From a virus (Duplodnaviria > Caudoviricetes): DNA of 38,727 nt. The stretch lies in the IMG/VR virus record IMGVR_UViG_3300030116_002574, positions 1-38,727 of that record; one strand, 5' to 3'. This document shows, piece by piece, positions 36,833 through 38,727 of the stretch. The position numbers and the translations under genes were made by a program. The number at the start of each line of letters is the position of its first letter. Position 1 is the stretch's first letter. The notes beneath the pieces are model-generated. The model ran no database searches. It was not told the DNA's origin and saw only the letters and a program-made list of their open reading frames with translations.

Positions 36833-37645
36833 ATGAAAAAATGGTGGGAGGCCAAAGAATATAGTAGGTTATTGGAAGTAAAGAAACACAAAGTCGGTGA
36901 CGATAAAATCTTGTTTCTTACTAATAGCCCAGAGTATGTGGATTTAGCTCCACCTAAACCTGCAAGTGAATTTGTACCAGCGTATTACAAACATTTACAA
37001 AGAGAATGGTCTGAGATGAGAGGGGACGATGACAGCTGGCATTCAGTTCCTTACAAAGACCATTCAATGAAAAAATGTCCTACTGTAAAAGATATAATGT
37101 TTAGTGGATATATTATTCCTTTATGGATAGACCTTAAAATACATCACGATGATAAAGTAGGTTTTAATTGGTATAACAAACACTCTGACGAAGAGACTAT
37201 TACATATCATAAGCCACAATCAATAGGTAACTTGCCTATACAAAAAGGTTCGTTTGATACTGCTATGAAGTTTGCTAATCCGTGGGATATAGTTACACCT
37301 CCGGGTTGGTCTGTACTTATAACACAACCTTGGTATCACAGACATTGGGAAATAGAAATATTCCCTAGCATTGTAGAGACTGACTCTTATCATCAGATGA
37401 ATATACCTTTCCTGTATCACGGAACAGGAGAAAGAATATTTAGACAAGGTATGCCTTTGATTCAAGTAATTCCTGTTAAGAGAGATGGGTGGGGCTTGGA
37501 TAATTACGAGGCTAGAAAGATGGATGAAGAAGAAAAAGAATACTATGCTAAGAGTAGAGCTGCCGAAAGAACAAGGCAAAATGGTTTTTATCGTTGGTTG
37601 ACCCAACAGAATAAAAGAAGATGGAAAGATGAGGGAATATTATGA
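36833..37645 (+). CDS. Conserved phage protein, DUF6065-like; paralog of 21507..22262
   Basis: SMKKCPTVKD..GYIIPLWID, KFANPWDIVTPPGWS, IVETDSYH, QGMPLIQVIPVKR. Confidence 0.6.
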   Translation: MKKWWEAKEYSRLLEVKKHKVGDDKILFLTNSPEYVDLAPPKPASEFVPAYYKHLQREWSEMRGDDDSWHSVPYKDHSMKKCPTVKDIMFSGYIIPLWIDLKIHHDDKVGFNWYNKHSDEETITYHKPQSIGNLPIQKGSFDTAMKFANPWDIVTPPGWSVLITQPWYHRHWEIEIFPSIVETDSYHQMNIPFLYHGTGERIFRQGMPLIQVIPVKRDGWGLDNYEARKMDEEEKEYYAKSRAAERTRQNGFYRWLTQQNKRRWKDEGIL

Positions 37646-38475
37646 AATGTCCAGTACCTAGAAAAGGTTATAAGATACCAAAGCTAACTGATATATGGTC
37701 TAAAAAATTAAGCACCATACATAAAGATATGCCCACTGTAGCTTTTACTTTACCTAGACCTAATCCACAATGGGGACAGCTAGAAAACAATGAAGCTAGA
37801 ACACATCCTCCAATTAATTTTAGAAACCCACAAAAGTTTATAAAAGCTCCTAATGGTTGTGTATCTACACAGTTTATGCGTAATAGAATGTACGAAGTTT
37901 ACTTTCCATGGTCACACGTAAAGATATCTTTATCACAGAATCAGTTTAGAGATGAAGTAGATAGATTTGCTGGGTGGGATTATAAAGCACATTTCTATGG
38001 AGCAGTAAAGCACTATGGACCATTTGATGACCTAATTATGGAAGAAAAAGAAGCATGGGGCTCTCCAGACAAACCTGTAATGCAGATATCTTTACCTATT
38101 ATGTTGTTTACTGATGATGAAGAAGTTTGGATGGATGTTATCCCAAGTGATAGGAATACTGGACAAAACTTACCTGTATCTACTATTCCGGGATTTATGC
38201 CTATATATTCATGGTCAAGAGGTTTGTCTTGGGCATTTGAATGGACTGATATGAACAACTTAGAATGTAATTTAAATCACGATACTGTAATGTTTAACTT
38301 GCTATTTAGTAAACCTGTAAAGATAAAGTACGTAGAATGGAACGAAGTATTTAGCAAAACTTGGAATATGATTAGCCAATCTTCTGTCAATAGAAGAGAT
38401 ACTAATATGCTTTACCCAGACGCAGTAGAAAGAAGACCAAAGAAATTATTGCAAAAATGGATGTTCACAAAATAG
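37642..38475 (+). CDS. Conserved phage hypothetical protein, possibly a distant member of the same fold
   Basis: GCVS...YEVYFPW, IPGFMPIYSWSRGLSWAFEW; ATGA overlap. Confidence 0.55.
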   Translation: MKCPVPRKGYKIPKLTDIWSKKLSTIHKDMPTVAFTLPRPNPQWGQLENNEARTHPPINFRNPQKFIKAPNGCVSTQFMRNRMYEVYFPWSHVKISLSQNQFRDEVDRFAGWDYKAHFYGAVKHYGPFDDLIMEEKEAWGSPDKPVMQISLPIMLFTDDEEVWMDVIPSDRNTGQNLPVSTIPGFMPIYSWSRGLSWAFEWTDMNNLECNLNHDTVMFNLLFSKPVKIKYVEWNEVFSKTWNMISQSSVNRRDTNMLYPDAVERRPKKLLQKWMFTK

Positions 38476-38727
38476 ACCCTTTGTTGCCGGTCAACAGTTT
38501 TCAGAGATTACAAAGAATATGTAGGAATTCGTACAAAACCTTTCCTTATAGTGAAGAATTTGGTAGATATTTTATTAACGACAAAGAGTTTGTTCCATTA
38601 AAATCATTTCACGAACACTTAGTTCCTCTTGCTAAGAATGCTTTTAACAGCGAAACCTTGCTTCCTTCATACACAATATTTGCGCACTATGAAGGTAAAG
38701 AAGCAAAACTTCCAAAACATAAAGATA
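38457..38727 (+). CDS. 3'-truncated 2OG-Fe(II) oxygenase-like protein (not in the ORF track)
   Basis: MDVHKIDPLLP...LVPLAKNAFNSETLLPSYTIFAHYEGKEAKLPKHKD, open to window end; same family as 35588..36145. Confidence 0.8.
   Translation, partial: MDVHKIDPLLPVNSFQRLQRICRNSYKTFPYSEEFGRYFINDKEFVPLKSFHEHLVPLAKNAFNSETLLPSYTIFAHYEGKEAKLPKHKD

Larger units (their letters stand above)
1..38727 (+). mobile_element. Tailed bacteriophage (siphovirus-like, HK97-fold head) structural/late gene region
   Basis: Canonical order protease-capsid-adaptor-stopper-tail terminator-major tail-chaperone-tape measure-tail tip-fibres, all on + strand with many TAATG/ATGA overlaps. No host housekeeping genes or integrase in the window. 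Confidence 0.97.

Noticed and set aside
703-38258. All minus-strand ORFs in the track
   Set aside because: They are antisense shadows of well-supported + strand genes, with no recognisable motifs or RBS.
34192-38727. DNA hypermodification or RiPP biosynthesis cluster
   Set aside because: No TET/JBP, nucleotide kinase, glycosyltransferase, precursor peptide or transporter recognised, and restriction-site avoidance argues against global DNA protection. Not fully excluded because the cluster continues beyond the window.
1-38727. tRNA/rRNA genes, integrase or att sites, lysis genes, alternative genetic code
   Set aside because: None seen; intergenic gaps are short, and long ORFs read through under the standard code with TAA, TAG and TGA all used as stops.

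Overview
The whole window is a + strand, tightly packed, AT-rich (roughly 35% GC by eye) late-gene region of a long-tailed (siphovirus-like) dsDNA phage with an HK97-type head. Gene order: 3' end of a probable head/portal-associated gene, prohead protease, major capsid protein, head-tail joining genes, major tail protein, tail assembly chaperone with a -1 frameshift, tape measure, tail tip, and a very large multi-gene fibre/adhesin block. It ends in a cluster of four 2OG-Fe(II) oxygenases, an FkbM-like methyltransferase and DUF6065-like proteins. Leaderless-type promoters, an FmdB-type zinc ribbon and the chaperone motif suggest a low-GC aquatic actinobacterial host (inference only). Most notable observations: (1) a Gly-rich adhesin-like protein carries an insertion with mirror-symmetric repeat spacing (5-7-19-7 out, 7-19-7-5 back) around a His/Trp tip, next to a paralog without it and just upstream of the hydroxylase/methyltransferase cluster; (2) an HTH/Zn-finger + FmdB + degenerate AIPR cassette splits the head-tail joining genes; (3) the fibres carry metal-binding motifs (seven HxH; two type-1-copper-like C-x2-H-x2-M modules); (4) apparent avoidance of GATC, GATGC/GCATC, CCWGG and CCTGA/TCAGG; (5) unannotated translationally coupled micro-ORFs. 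All family calls come from motif recognition by eye; no searches were run.
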